This document shows positions 1-11,516 of a stretch of 38,810 nt of DNA, one piece after another. The notes under the pieces were generated by a model. The model had not been told where the DNA came from. It saw only the letters and a program-made list of their open reading frames with translations, and did not search any database. This DNA comes from Scyliorhinus canicula. Its lineage: Eukaryota. The position numbers were made by a program, and so were the translations under genes. Within the stretch, counting starts at the first letter, position 1. Each line of letters begins with the position of its first letter. The stretch lies in assembly GCF_902713615.1 (NCBI RefSeq), contig NW_024055452.1:1-38810 (forward strand), given 5' to 3'.

Positions 1-10
1 GTTAGAAACC

Positions 11-205
11 ATGGAAATGTGGGGACTGTGGCCATCTGACCTGCAACCCAGGTGCTCCGACTGTGGTTCTGGGTTCAGACGACCATCTCAACTCACTCTC
101 CAGCAGCGGATTCACACTGGGGAGAGACCACGCACCTGCTCCCAGTGTGGAAAGGAATTAATTTATTCAGGCAACTTGCTGAGACACCAGCGGGTTCACA
201 AGTAA
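11..205 (+). pseudogene. C2H2 zinc-finger gene fragment (2 partly degenerate fingers)
   Basis: ORF reads [49 protein letters not shown]; TGERP linker present; first finger lacks the first His. Confidence 0.75.
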
Positions 206-629
206 CTGATGTGATTGGATTTTGCTGTTAATCACATCCAGGACTGAACCATGTTTATCGGACCCGGGTTTGACTCATTTATAAACGCTAATCCAGCTAT
301 AAGGGATAATATTCTGGATAAAAGTCAATTATTTAACACAAGTGTGTTTCGAATCTTTTAACATCCCATCACTAGTTTGTTCCATTTGAAGGTCTCTCCA
401 TCTCCCCGTCTCCTCCATCCTCACCTCAAGTGTGTGGAGTTCATGAAGTTTCTTTCTCACTATGATTGAGATAATCTGATCAGCTGCCCCTGGTGCTTTC
501 CTCTCTTCCACTGGGCCAAACTGTCTCTAAAATTCCACCTGGTCTGAGCTCTGAACTCATCTTTCTCCATTTTCTCTCCGACCCTCTATCTTCCTCAGAG
601 CTCATCTTGTCCATTAGACCTGCCTCCTG

Positions 630-895
630 CGCCAGGGACCTGAGTTTGGTTCCGGCTTGGGTCAGTGTCTGTGCGGAGTCTGCACGTTCTCCCCGTGTCT
701 GTGTGGGTTTCCTCCGGGTGCTCCTGTTTCCTCCCACAAGCCGTGTTTATTGGGTGAATTGGACATTCTGAATTCTCCCTCTGTGTACCTGAACAGGCGC
801 CGGAATGTGGCGACTAGGGGATTTTCAGGGTAACTTCATTGCAGTGTTAATGTAAACCTACTTGTGACAATAATAAAGATTGTTTGATTATTATT
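630..895 (+). mobile_element. tRNA-derived SINE (V-SINE/HE1-like), 5'-truncated, with ...CTACTTGTGACAATAATAAAGATT tail
   Basis: Shares core GTCxGTGTCTGTGCGGAGTCTGCACGTTCTCCCCGTGTCTG with other SINE copies here; same tail as the copy at 9775-10050. Confidence 0.7.
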
Positions 896-929
896 TAACC
901 AGATTCTTACAAAACTGCTGACTATTCAA

Positions 930-1760
930 CTTTTCCATGTTGTGAGATAGTGTTAATAGTTCTGTCTCTTGGTCCGATCATCATTGCAAACTACCACATT
1001 AAAACCTCCCTTTCCTCACCAAAGTCCGTGTACTCGGTGTTCCCCAAGGATCCATCCTATTTCCCATCTATACGCTGCCACTAGGTGACATCATCCAAAA
1101 GCACCGTGTTAGTTTTCACAGGTACACTGACAACATCCAGCTCTACCTCACCCCCATCCCTCTCCACTCCTCCAGTTACTAAATTATCAAACTGCTTATC
1201 CCACACCCAGTACTGAATGAGCAGAAATTTCCTACAAATAAAAATTAGGAAGGCCACAACCATTGTCTTCAGTCACCATTAGAAATTCCGTTCCCTAACT
1301 CCCGAGTCCATCCCTCTCCCTGGGAACTGTCTGAGGCTGAACCACACTCTGCACAATCTCCGGGTCAGATTTGACCCCAAGATGAGTTTCTGACCCCATA
1401 TCCACTCCATCACTAATACCAGATATTTCAATCTCCAGAATGTCCCGTCTCCCCCCCCACCCCCCCCACCCCCCCCCACCCCCCCCCCCACCCACCCCAC
1501 CCCCCCCACCCACCCCAGCTCATCTGCTGCTGAAACCCACACCCATGCCCCTGTTATCTTTAGACATGATTCCAACACATTCCTGTCCAGCCTCTCCCAT
1601 TCACCCCACACGGAAACGTGAGATCATCCAAAACTCTGCTGGCCGTGTGCTTTCTCACACCAAGTCCTGTTCACCCATCACCGCTGTGCTCACTGATTGA
1701 CACTGGCTCTGATTAAGCAATGCCTCCATTATAAAATTTGCATTCATGTTGTCAAATCCC
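930..1760 (+). mobile_element. Degenerate L2-like LINE reverse-transcriptase fragment
   Basis: 1030-1150 translates roughly as [36 protein letters not shown] (RT core, YADD-like motif decayed); interrupted by a poly-C tract at about 1450-1515. Confidence 0.65.
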
Positions 1761-1789
1761 TCCATGGCCAAGAACACTGTCAGCCTTTA

Positions 1790-2040
1790 ACCATGGAAGC
1801 AAAGAGCCCTGTTCAATGTGGGGAGAAACAGGTCACTTGTTATGAATGTGGATGATGTTTTACCGATGATCTGACCTTTCAAACAATATGTAGTCACGCT
1901 GGGAGAAGCTTTGGAAATCCTGGGATTTTGGAATAGATTTAATCAAACCTGGAAATTAATTGGTATTCACACTGAGGAGTAGCTGTTAATGTTCTCCGTG
2001 TGTGGGAAGAGATTCACTCAGCTAATCAGTCTCACTTCAT
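1790..2040 (+). pseudogene. Highly degenerate C2H2 zinc-finger relic
   Basis: Remnants such as IHTEE*LLMFSVCGKRFTQLISL and CYECG; contains stops and frameshifts. Confidence 0.5.
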
Positions 2041-2306
2041 CTTAGTCAATCTGTACGGGACTGTTGCCAAGTGCAATCTATCTTTTCTGAGGTTAGATGG
2101 CCAGTACGGAACACAGTTCATGCAGTAAGTGAGGAAAAGGCAGCAGGAATTTCTCTAATCTGTGATTTACAAGGACGCATTCTTGGTTCCCAGCAGTTAC
2201 TTTTCTTCATAATTTCCTCATTCTCCCTAAACTACCCTGCCTGTTAATTCTGATAGTAACACTATTGTCGCTATAAACATCACACATTAGAATTCAATCT
2301 GTTCCA

Positions 2307-2535
2307 AGGGCAGCGCGGTGGCACACTGGTTAGCACTGCTGCTTATGCACTGAAGACCCAGTTTGATCCCAGCTCTGGGTCACTGTCTGTGTGCATTTTC
2401 CGATTCTCCCCATGTCTGCGTGGGTTTCACCCCCACAACTCAAAGGTGTGCAGGGTAGCTGAATCGGCGATGCTAAATTGCCCCTTAATTTGAAAAAAAT
2501 AATTGGGGTCTCTAAATTTATTTTAATTTTTAAAA
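2307..2535 (+). mobile_element. Young tRNA-derived SINE, A-rich end, 11-bp TSD (AATCTGTTCCA)
   Basis: Head GGGCAGCGCGGTGGCACACTGGTTAGC (A-box-like); TSD at 2296-2306 and 2536-2546. Confidence 0.85.
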
Positions 2536-2573
2536 AATCTGTTCCATGATTCACTCTGGCTTAAGTTTATGTT

Positions 2574-2800
2574 TTTTTTTCCTAAAATTTAGATTACCCA
2601 ATTATTTTTTCCAATTAAGGGGCAATTTAGCGTGGCCAATCCACCTACTCTACACATTTTTGGATTGTGGGGGCGAAACCCACGCAGACACGGGAGAATA
2701 TGCAAACTCCACACGGATAGTGACCCAGAGCCGGGATCGAACCTGGGACCTCAGCGCCGTGAGGCGGTTGTGCTAACCACTAGGCCACCGTGCTGCCTGT
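2574..2800 (-). mobile_element. Young tRNA-derived SINE, poly(A) end, 15-bp TSD (GCTTAAGTTTATGTT)
   Basis: Reverse-complement head GGCAGCACGGTGGCCTAGTGGTTAGC and B-box GGTTCGATCCC; TSD at 2559-2573 and 2801-2815. Confidence 0.85.
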
Positions 2801-2887
2801 GCTTAAGTTTATGTTGAGGTTAGTAACAGACAAACTGTTTCCTCCCCCCTGATCTAATTAGTTTCTAATGAGTCAATTCTGTGGAAT

Positions 2888-3063
2888 GGAATGTCTGATC
2901 AGCGTTTCCACGGTGACCTGTCTGCAGTGGAGGAATGTCTGATCAGCGTTTCCACGGTGACCTGTCTACAGTGAAGGAATGTCTTATCCGCGTTTCCATG
3001 GTGACCGGTCTGCAGTGCAGGAATGTCTGATCAGTGTTTCCATGGTGACCTGTCTGCAGTGAA
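2888..3063. repeat. 44-bp tandem repeat, 4 copies
   Basis: Unit GGAATGTCTGATCAGCGTTTCCACGGTGACCTGTCTGCAGTGGA; first two starts at 2888 and 2932. Confidence 0.9.
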
Positions 3064-3194
3064 GCGCCTGCTTGAGTTTCTAACTCAGACTAAACTTCTC
3101 TGTCCCATAACACACAATATATCAGACATTGGATGTCAATATATTTCAGCCATGTTTTGTTAATATCTCCAAAACTCTAAAAAGAGTTCAGATA

Positions 3195-3505
3195 CACAAA
3201 TGTTTAACTGTAGGACAAGTTGATAAAGTGTTTCAAAAACACATGGGATCCAAGGTTTTTTAATTCTAAGTGTGGAGTACAAAAGGACAGAGGTCATATA
3301 AACCTGTACAAATCATTGGTTGGGCTGCAGTTGGAATATTTGATCAGGTTTTGGGGATCTTACACCAGGAACGATGTCAAGGCCATGGAGAGGGTGTAGA
3401 AGAGATTCACTGAGCTGATCCCAGGGAAGAGAGGCTTTAGTTATCAGGACAGATTGGAAAAACTGGGGCTCTTTTCATTCGAACAGAGGCTGACTGGAGA
3501 TCAGA
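3195..3505 (+). mobile_element. Degenerate CR1 LINE ORF2 C-terminal fragment
   Basis: Resembles the LYKTLVRPHLEYCVQFWSP...ALERVQRRFTR...YEERL region of the CR1 at 25670-25830. Confidence 0.65.
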
Positions 3506-3529
3506 GGGAGGGGGGTTTGATTCCAGCCT

Positions 3530-3790
3530 TGGGTGACTGTGTAGAATTTGCACTTTCTCCCTGTGTCTGCGTGGGTTCCTTCCGGGTGCTCCAGTTTCCT
3601 CCCACAGTCCAAAAACGTGCAGCCTAGGTGGATTGGCCATTCTAAAAGATTTCCCCTGAGTGTCCAAAGATTAGGTGGGTTTCTGGGGATAGGGTGGAGG
3701 AGTGGTCCTGAGTGGGGTGCCGCATTGGAGGGTCTGTGCAGACTCAATGGGCTGCATGGCTTCGTTCTGCACTTTACGGATTCTATGGAA
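3530..3790 (+). mobile_element. 5'-truncated HE1-like SINE with CR1-type 3' tail
   Basis: SINE core followed by ...ATGGGCTGCATGGCTTCGTTCTGCACTTTACGGATTCTATG tail. Confidence 0.65.
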
Positions 3791-4054
3791 CAGAAAAAGG
3801 CTCATATGAAATATCAATCAGACTGTACAACAATGTTCAGGATTCTCACTGTCCCTCTGGGCCTGCGGGAGGTGGGGGGGGGGGGGGGGGGTGGGGGGAG
3901 GGGGAGGGGGAGGGAGTGGTTGGGGAGGGCAGTGGAGGAACCAGTGATGGTTTCTCTGATCTCTGAAAGAAATTTTATTTTTAAAGTGAAGGGTGTCTGT
4001 ACTGGGGAATCCGAGTACCAAGTGCCGGCTTGAACCATTCTCCAATCAGTTACA

Positions 4055-4245
4055 GCACAGCTCCCTCTACACTGCCCCATGGAACACGCCCAAGGCTGAT
4101 ACAAAATGGTGTTAGATGCAGAGTAAATCTCCCTCGATGCTGTCCCCATCAAACATTCCCATGATCGGTATAGCACAAGGTTGGGTACAATGTAAATGCT
4201 CCTCTGCACTGTCCCCATCAAACAGTCCCAGGACAGGTACAGCAT
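4055..4245. repeat. About 70-bp degenerate tandem repeat, about 3 copies
   Basis: Recurring CTCC(C)TC..CACTG(T)CCCCAT..AAACA near 4060, 4128 and 4199; a related reverse-complement piece lies at about 27585-27635. Confidence 0.55.
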
Positions 4246-4450
4246 ACCTTCTGGAAATCCAGATGAAGCACATCTACAGGTTTCCCTTTATTGACATCCC
4301 TTGTTACTTCCTCAAAGAACCTTGCTAAATTAGTCAATCACAATTGATTCCCTGGATCCATTTTCAAACACTGTGTCAAAAGAAAATTCAAATCTCCTCT
4401 ACCCCTCTGGCTCCTTTGCCAATTACCTTAGACTGACTCACTTTCTGTTA
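4245..4450 (-). mobile_element. CR1 RT fragment
   Basis: Reverse complement reads ETCRCASSGFPE in one frame and (G)KPVDVLHLDFQK in another, matching the RT motif VDVVYMDFSKAF. Confidence 0.55.
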
Positions 4451-5319
4451 AAGAGCCTGTCAACCCCTCTCACCCACTTTCCCGAAAGTGAACAAATTTA
4501 ATCTGGAAAAGTCCAACAAATTCAAATATTTTCTTTCTAAAAGTTCATTGATGAAATAGAACATGGTTAAAAAAACTAACAGAACATTACTTGAGGTTCA
4601 AAGACAACCAGAGTAACAGGATGTTCACAATGTTCTGGTCCAAATGGTTTCCCTTCAGCTCCTCTGTACCCGGTTCCCATGACTCCTCGCTTTGGACACG
4701 GGGGCACTGAACCCTGGGGGTCACATCACCGTCAGCCCCAGTTACCCCCCCACCCTGCCCTGAACCCTGACTGGTTGGATGTCCAGTTCCCAGTCAGTCC
4801 CCCAGCACCTTCCTGTCTCTATTAGCGACGCCCATGGCAGTTCCCCAACTGGGGAACAGGTCCCGTTATTCTCAGCTAAATTCAGCCCTCAGCTCCATCA
4901 CCTGGCTGTCAGTGACACGAGCAATAGAGACAGAAAGGTGCCCGAGGCTCAAATAGGAAGACAAAACTTGTGGATTTAGACTCCCATAAAGGTCAGCAAC
5001 TTCTTCAAAAAAAATCAAATTCCCAGTCAACAAATTAAAGGATCACACGGCGGGACTTCAAGTTTTATGATTTTAATGCAACAAACAAACAAACTGGAAG
5101 CTACTTTAACTCGGAAACCTACACATTAAACTATAAACTAGAACTTTGCCCTTTTGCACAATCTAAAATCACACTCCACGATTATAGTTACTCTGTCCTA
5201 TAAGTCGAAACTTAATTGTCTCAGAACCTGTCAAAAGTGATGTTTCATTCCTGAGGATTTATGTCCGATCTTCGACCAAGACACCGAGAAACAAAGGGAG
5301 AATAGAATAGAATGTGAAC

Positions 5320-5905
5320 GAGCAAAATACATAAAAATGGACTGCAAAAGTTTCTATGGCTACGTAAAAAGGAAACGTTTGGCTCAGCCAAAGGTTTGTC
5401 CGTTCCAGATAGAGGCAGGAGAATTTAGAATGAGGAATAGCGATCTCTACAGCCACCTCGTTCAACACTCTGGGATGCAGATCATCAGCTTTTGGGGATT
5501 TATTCACTTACAACCCCATTAATTTCTCCAGTGCTACTTTTTCACCAATACTAATCTCAGTCCTTTGGTTCTCTGGTGTTTTGGGGACAGTTTCTGTATC
5601 TTCCTCTGTGAAGACAGACACACATTGTTTAGTTTCTCTGCCATTTCCTTACTCCCCATTATAAACTCTCCTGTCTCTGCCTGGAATGGACCCACATTGG
5701 TCTTTGCTAATCTTTTCCATTTCACATTCCTGTCGAAGCTTTTCCAGTTGGTTTTTATGTTTCTCGCCAGTTTGCTCTCATCAGTTTCTTGGTCCTCCTT
5801 TGCTGAATTTTAATGGATCTCATGGAATCTTTTAACTTTCCTTGATAGCCACGGTTACATCATTTTTCCTGTTAGATTTTTGTTCCTTAAAGGAATCTAT
5901 ATTTG
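5320..5905. mobile_element. Two CR1 ORF2 fragments in opposite orientation (about 5320-5440 plus; about 5441-5905 minus)
   Basis: Plus strand DCKSFYGYVKRKRLAQPKVCPFQIEAGEF; minus strand KRLAKTNVGPFQAETGEFIMG and KSPKADDLHPRVLNEVAVEIA. Confidence 0.75.
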
Positions 5906-5954
5906 TTGCATATGTGTGAAATAAAAGTTGCAAAAATCCCAGAGGACCATAGAC

Positions 5955-6150
5955 TGCTCTCCCCTTTGACAGAGAGAGAGCTGACTGGAGCTGATTTAAG
6001 CTGAGGGTCAGCACACCTCAGGCGAGGGGCCTGGTTGAGAAGGTCGGGCCTTCATGAATAAACCCAGCCAGTACGGGAGTTGAATCCTCTCTGTTGGCCT
6101 CGCTCTGCAACACAAACCAGCCGTCCAGCCAACTGAGCTAACCGACCCCC
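5955..6150 (-). mobile_element. Second tRNA-derived SINE family
   Basis: Reverse complement begins GGGGTCGGTTAGCTCAGTTGGCTGG (A-box) and has GGATTCAACTCCC (B-box-like); same family as about 10340-10390 and 32165-32258/34965-35040. Confidence 0.75.
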
Positions 6151-6311
6151 TGATAAATATGTAACAATTCCTTAAATATTAGGTATTCCCTGTACCAATC
6201 AGTTTCCCAGTCAACCTCAGACAACTTGCCCCTCATACACTGATAGTTTTCTTCTGTGAAGGACATCCAGATAAATTAAACAAAGGAACCATGTAACCAC
6301 CATTGTTGGTG

Positions 6312-7130
6312 TCACAGCAGTTGTGGTGAAACATGCAATCCTGTCTCACATTGAGAGGTGAATGGTCTCTCCCCAGTGTGAACTCGTTGATGTCTCCGCA
6401 GGGTGGATAACTGAGTAAATCCTTTCCCACACTGGGAGCAGGTGAATGGCCTCTCCCCAGTGTGAACTCGCTGGTGTGTCTGCAGGTGAGATAACTGACT
6501 GAATCCCTTCCCACACTGAGGGCAGGTGAATGGCCTCTCCCCAGAGTGAACTCGCTGGTGTGTCTGCAGGGTGGATAATTGAGTAAATCCTTTCCCACAC
6601 TTGGAGCAGGTGAATGGCCTCTCCCCAGTGTGAACTCGCTGGTGGCTCCGCAGGTGGGAAATGTGAGTAAATCCTTTCCCACACTGAGAGCAGGTGAATG
6701 GCCTCTCCCCAGTGTGAACTCGCTGGTGTGTCTGCAGGTTGAATAAATTACTGAATCCCTTCCCACATTGAGAGCAGGTGAACGGTCTCTCCCCAGTGTG
6801 AACTCGCTGGTGTGACTGCAGGTTGGATAACTGAGTGAATCCCTTCCCACACTGGGAGCAGGTGAACACCCTCTCCCCAGTGTGAACTCGCTGATGCTTC
6901 CACAGGCCGGATGAATCACTGAATCCCTTTCCACACTGAGAGCAAGTGAATGGCCTCTCCCCAGTGTGAACTCGCTGGTGTGTCTGCAGGCTGGATAACT
7001 GAGTGAATCCCTTCCCACACCGAGAGCAGGTGAACGGCCTCTCGCCAGTGTGACTGCGTTTGTGAATCTCCACCTGAGATGGGGCTTGGAATCCCTTCCC
7101 ACAGTCCTCACATTTCCACGGTTTCTCCAT
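6312..7130 (-). CDS. C2H2 zinc-finger protein, 272 aa, 9 intact fingers plus a degenerate 10th; no effector domain in the ORF
   Basis: Nine CxxC-x12-HxxxH fingers with TGERPF linkers; ATG at 7130; candidate splice acceptor TTTTTACAG with the exon starting at 7488; decayed fingers 5' of the ATG. Confidence 0.85.
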   Translation of the reverse strand: MEKPWKCEDCGKGFQAPSQVEIHKRSHTGERPFTCSRCGKGFTQLSSLQTHQRVHTGERPFTCSQCGKGFSDSSGLWKHQRVHTGERVFTCSQCGKGFTQLSNLQSHQRVHTGERPFTCSQCGKGFSNLFNLQTHQRVHTGERPFTCSQCGKGFTHISHLRSHQRVHTGERPFTCSKCGKGFTQLSTLQTHQRVHSGERPFTCPQCGKGFSQLSHLQTHQRVHTGERPFTCSQCGKGFTQLSTLRRHQRVHTGERPFTSQCETGLHVSPQLL

Positions 7131-7729
7131 GTTTTGGGTCTCCTCGTCTCTCTCCAGGCCGGATGATCAGTTGAAGCCTCATCCACACACACAAGGGTAC
7201 GGTCTTTACACGCTGTGAATAGTGTGATGTTTTTTCAGGCTGTGTAACTGGTTAAAGCTTTTTCCACAGTCAGTTCACTGGAACACTCTCACTGGGGTGT
7301 GTGTTGTGTGGGTCTCGGTGTTTTTCCAGTCACACTGATGTTTGAAATCTTTAGCTGACAGTTCCAGTAAACATTTCACCTTCTTGATTCAAAGGCTGAT
7401 GATATTCAGGTTCTAAGGAATCGAGTGACTATCAGATCGAGACGTGACTTTTGAGATTTCTGTCTGTAATTCCTCCTTGTCTAATATCCTGTAAAAACAA
7501 TTTACAAACTTCATCACTGTCAGTACAGGATAGAAACTCAGAACAGACAATTCTAGTTTCTATGTCACATTTTTTCCTTTCTCTTATTCCGCGAAAGCTG
7601 CAAATCTCCATCCCACACACTCTCCCTCCATTCTCACTCTGCTGTATCTAATATTCACCCTCCCAATTCTCCCGAAGGTGCAGATTAATGTTGATTGACA
7701 GATCCAAACTCTCAGCCTCCCATCCAGGA

Positions 7730-7985
7730 GATCAGAACAAATATGAGCTGCAGTCAGCCATTCGGCCCATCAAACCTGAACCATTCAATGGGATCATTGG
7801 CCGATCTACCTCAGCAACATTTCACCACACTATCCCCATGTCCCTTGACCTGTTGAATATCTAGAAACCTATCAGTCTGTGTCTTAAAAATACTTGATGA
7901 CTAAATCTCCAGAATCCTCGGAGGTAGAGAATTCCAAACCTTCACCACATCCTCAAACAAAGAAATCCCTTCTCATCTCAGCTTT
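7730..7985 (-). mobile_element. CR1 3'-end fragment
   Basis: Reverse complement resembles the FF..RVV..WNSLP coding end plus the GGCCGAATGGC 3' UTR tail. Confidence 0.6.
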
Positions 7986-8239
7986 CTCTCCATTTACCTG
8001 CCAGTTCCCCATAACCCTCCACACCCTCAATCAGAAATCTGTCTGTGGCTGGGAATGGGGGAGGGGGGGGGGGTCAGGCATGTGATACGGGTGCGGGAGT
8101 AGCTGCCTTACCACAGGTTCTGGTGCCACTCACCTATAATCTGACAGTTATCCTGATTGCCTGGCACTCATCTACCTAATCCTTGAATTAATATTTGTTA
8201 TCGTGTCCCTGGAAGACTCAGAGTCGGATTGGTAGGATT

Positions 8240-9420
8240 ATGCCGGAAAAAGTGAAGAAATCATCGATAAACAGCGCAGGTGGATTCAGCGGGAATGGAG
8301 CCGCCTTTTCATCATGGCGGCCTGACCCTCGGGAGGTCTCGACCCCCCGCTCTCCGGGGCTCTCTGGGAGGCGCCGAAAATGATGACTGCCGACATTATC
8401 CATGGTTTTGACCAGAGGCTGAGTGTGCTGACTCAATATCTGTGAGCTCATGTGGCCCAGTTGCAAAACCCCATGAAGAGGCTCGATGATCCGGAGGAGA
8501 GAATCCTGAACATTCAGCAAGATGCCTCTTTGACGGAGGCAAGAATTCAATCCTTTGAAAACCAGCTGAGTGGCTGGCGGAGGTCCTGGAGGACCGAGGG
8601 TCAGAGAAAGAACATCTGAGCCGTTGGCCTGTCTGATGGTCATCACAGAATGTACAGCGCAGGAGGCCACTCGGCCCATCATGTCTGAGCCTTGGAAACA
8701 GCACCCCGCCCAAGCCCAAATCCCATCCCCGTAACACAGTAACCCCACCTAACCTTTTATTTGGGCACTAAGGGAAATTTATCATGGCCAATTCACCTAA
8801 CCTGCACAACTTAGGACTCTGGGAGGAAACCTACGCAGACATGGGGAGAACGTGCAGATTCCAGACAGACAGTGACCCAAGCCAGGAATCGAACCTGGGA
8901 CCTTGGAGCATTGGAGCAACTGTGCTAACCACTGTGCTACCATGCTGCCCAAAAATGATGTTATTTTCTGTCCATTTAATGTGGAGGGTAAGACTCCCGT
9001 TAGGTTCTTCAAGGACCGACTGCCACGTTTTCTCAAGCTGGATGTGAAGCCTGGGCGTTTCTAATTAGAAACGGTGCATCGGTCTGTGAGTCCGAGGGAT
9101 AGTTTTCATCCAGGCCAGTAATAATTCGCTTCCACAACTTGAAAGAAGGTCCTGGAGAGGGAACGGCGAGGTAGCACCTGGCTCCAGGAAGGAGTGAGGA
9201 TTTACTTCTTCCAGGACTTTTCGGCAGCAACACAAACAAATCGTCGAGACTTCGATGAAGTTCAAAGGCAGCTCAAGGCTGTGGGGAGTGAATTCCGTCA
9301 GGCTTTATCCTGAGACCCGAAAAATGGTATCCAACAACTCCGTCAAGTCTTTCAATAATCCAACTATTGCCTTGGTCTTCATTAAATCCATGAAGGACAA
9401 CGATCTCGAGGGATGGTTTG
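8240..9420 (+). mobile_element. L1/Tx1-clade ORF1p remnant (coiled coil, RRM, CTD), split by a SINE; no ORF2 follows
   Basis: Decayed translation ...RIQSFENQL..EGQRKNI*AVGLSDG / LETVHRS..PRPVIIRFHN..IYFFQDFS..RRDFDEV..LYP..F.NP..A..F matches L1 ORF1p motifs. Confidence 0.65.
8640..8950 (-). mobile_element. Full-length HE1-like SINE with CR1-type tail, inserted into the L1 ORF1 remnant
   Basis: Reverse-complement head GGGCAGCATGGTAGCACAGTGGTTAGC, B-box GGTTCGATTCC, tail GATGGGCCGAGTGGCCTCCTGCGCTGTACATTCTGTGATG. Confidence 0.8.
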
Positions 9421-9489
9421 CAGCTCGGGCTAACTCAAGTTCTAATCCAGACTCTTTCCCTATCATGGTATTGTCTGAATTTCAGAATC

Positions 9490-9740
9490 ACAGAAATACA
9501 CACAGGGACAGGAGTAGGCCATTCAGCCCTTCGAGTCTGTCCTGCCATTTAGTGGGATCAGACTGATCAGTGATCTAACCCCATATCCATTAATATCTTT
9601 GCTCAACAAAACTCAGATTTAAACTTAACAACTGTTCCAGCTTCACCTGCTGTTTGTGGGAAAGAGTTCCAAACCTCTCCCACCCTGTGTGTGAAGAAGT
9701 TCTTCCTAACATCTCTCCTGAATGGTCCAGCCCTGATTTT
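9490..9740 (-). mobile_element. CR1 3'-end fragment
   Basis: Minus ORF contains RRDVRKNFFTHRVGEVWNSFPQ, the CR1 ORF2 C-terminus, followed by the tail. Confidence 0.75.
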
Positions 9741-9774
9741 AATAATTTTAATAAGTAATCTAATAATCTTATGG

Positions 9775-10050
9775 GTGGTATGGTAGGTTAGCACCAGGGA
9801 CCTGGATTTGATTCTGCACTTGGTTCACTGTCTGTGGGGAGTCTGTATGTTCTCTCTGTGTTTGCGTGGGGTTTTTCCTGGAGCTCCGGTTTCCTCCCAC
9901 AAGATGAGCTTGTTAGGTGAATTGGACATTCTGAATTCTCACTCTGTGTACCCGAACAGGCTCCAGAGTGTGGCGACTGGGGGATTTTCAGCGTAACTTC
10001 ATTGCTGTGTTAATGTAAACCTACTTGTGGCAATAATAAAGATTATTATG
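9775..10050 (+). mobile_element. tRNA-derived SINE, same family as 630-895
   Basis: GGTTAGCACCAGGGACCTGG...CTACTTGTGGCAATAATAAAGATTATTA. Confidence 0.75.
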
Positions 10051-10409
10051 AATGGGCCAAAGGGCCTCTATCCGTGCTGTAAAGAGAGGGAATGAATGAG
10101 AAGGACTTTACAGAGAAACTGGCAAAGCCACAACATTCACCAGCTCTAAGGACACACCTTAGCTCCCTTTCCAATCTGAAAGCAGCCTGAGCTGGATTTA
10201 CATTCCCCTTAATTCATAATTGCTGGGTGATAATCCTGTACTTCCTTACCTCACACCACTGTGACAGCACCTTCACTACACAGACTGCAGCAACTGACCA
10301 AACATCACCTTCCCAGTTATTCCTGAAGGCACCGCCTTCCCAACCTGGCTCCTTGCCTGAGGTGTGGTGATCCTCAGGTCACATCTCTCTCCCGAGACCA
10401 AGCCCTGCT

Positions 10410-10480
10410 TCACAGCCGCCATCTTGGAGAACCAGAGCGCCTGCGCTGGCGTCTTGGGCTGCAACAGCTGGTGGGCGGGA
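10410..10480 (-). promoter_or_regulatory. Candidate ZNF promoter with YY1 (CAAGATGGCGGC, 10415-10426), NRF1-like (GCGCCTGCGC, 10437-10446) and GC box
   Basis: Motifs seen directly in a locally GC/CpG-richer patch about 3 kb upstream of the ZNF coding exon; function is inferred. Confidence 0.55.
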
Positions 10481-11516
10481 CCTGAAGGTTTCTGTTCCCA
10501 GCCGGGTCCTAGTGCCCTTATATCGACTATCACTGCAACAGGTTTTTTAAATGTTTCACCCACTCCCAGGCTGAAGCTGATGTTTGCAGGCTGGAGGCGC
10601 CTCTGTATCGCGGATACATTCAGTGCGAGAGGCTGCAGCCTCTATATAGCTACCTGAAGGGGGTTATACAACGGGTGATTACGTGGTCGTTTCCTGTCCA
10701 TTATCAGGATGTTTGTGTGATTTTTCTGACCCTCAGCGTGATATTTCTTTATTTAAAATACATTTGAGCAGCAGGCTTACTGGTGATTTTTAAAGGAATA
10801 AAGGATATTTATTTTCACAACCTTTCCCTGGATGTTTGAGCATCTAAGTCTCTCGGCTCTTTCACTCACTGACATACACAGAAATTAGGTACAGGTCAAG
10901 TTGAAGCTGTGATGATGAACATGGAATGTAGACTGCAATCTTTATATCGCTGCAGGTCTGTTATCCTCTTATTGAGGTGATTCTTTAGTTGGAGTGAAGG
11001 TTTTTAGACACAAATAATTCTCATGAGTCTCTGAAGCTTCTCATATGACCATAAGACATAGGAGCAGAATTAGGCCATTTGGTCCATCGAGTCTGTTCCT
11101 CCATTCAATCATGGCTGATAAGCCTACTTGTGGCAGTAAATATTATTATTATGGGGGGGGGGGGGGGGTTACTCTGGCAGCCGACTTCTGTTCTGTCGTC
11201 TTGTCTATTCCCAGTGGCCCTGCAGAGAGAGCATGCGGTATCCACTGGAATGCTTGACACCTTCCACAACCAGTGGATTCCTCAGCGGGCAGAGTGTTTC
11301 AGAGACACTGGGAACAATATTCTGGTTCAGTTAGGAAGGTTCCCTACACTTTTGTTGGGACTTCCAGCTGATTTTAGTATTTTATTTTGACTGGACCACA
11401 TGCTTGGGGAAAGCAAGAGAGGAAAGAAGGTTCGATATAAACTAGAATGATATGTTGTGAATTTCTATCCCATTCTTAGTGAGCACAGTGATCATTTTTG
11501 TAAACTTATTTTTCAG

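Noticed and set aside
1450-1515. Pro- and Gly-rich ORFs over poly-C/poly-G tracts (also about 3870-3910)
   Set aside because: Simple homopolymer expansions of uncertain length.
4620-5210. Possible solo LTR or other interspersed element
   Set aside because: Looks repeat-like, but I found no terminal TG..CA with TSD and no second copy in the window.
6233-7192. 319-aa and 112-aa alternative-frame ORFs over the ZNF
   Set aside because: Shadow frames of the 84-bp finger periodicity.
10276-10563. 95-aa ORF containing KMAA as a coding first exon
   Set aside because: KMAA is the translation of the YY1 motif and the following sequence is SINE-derived.
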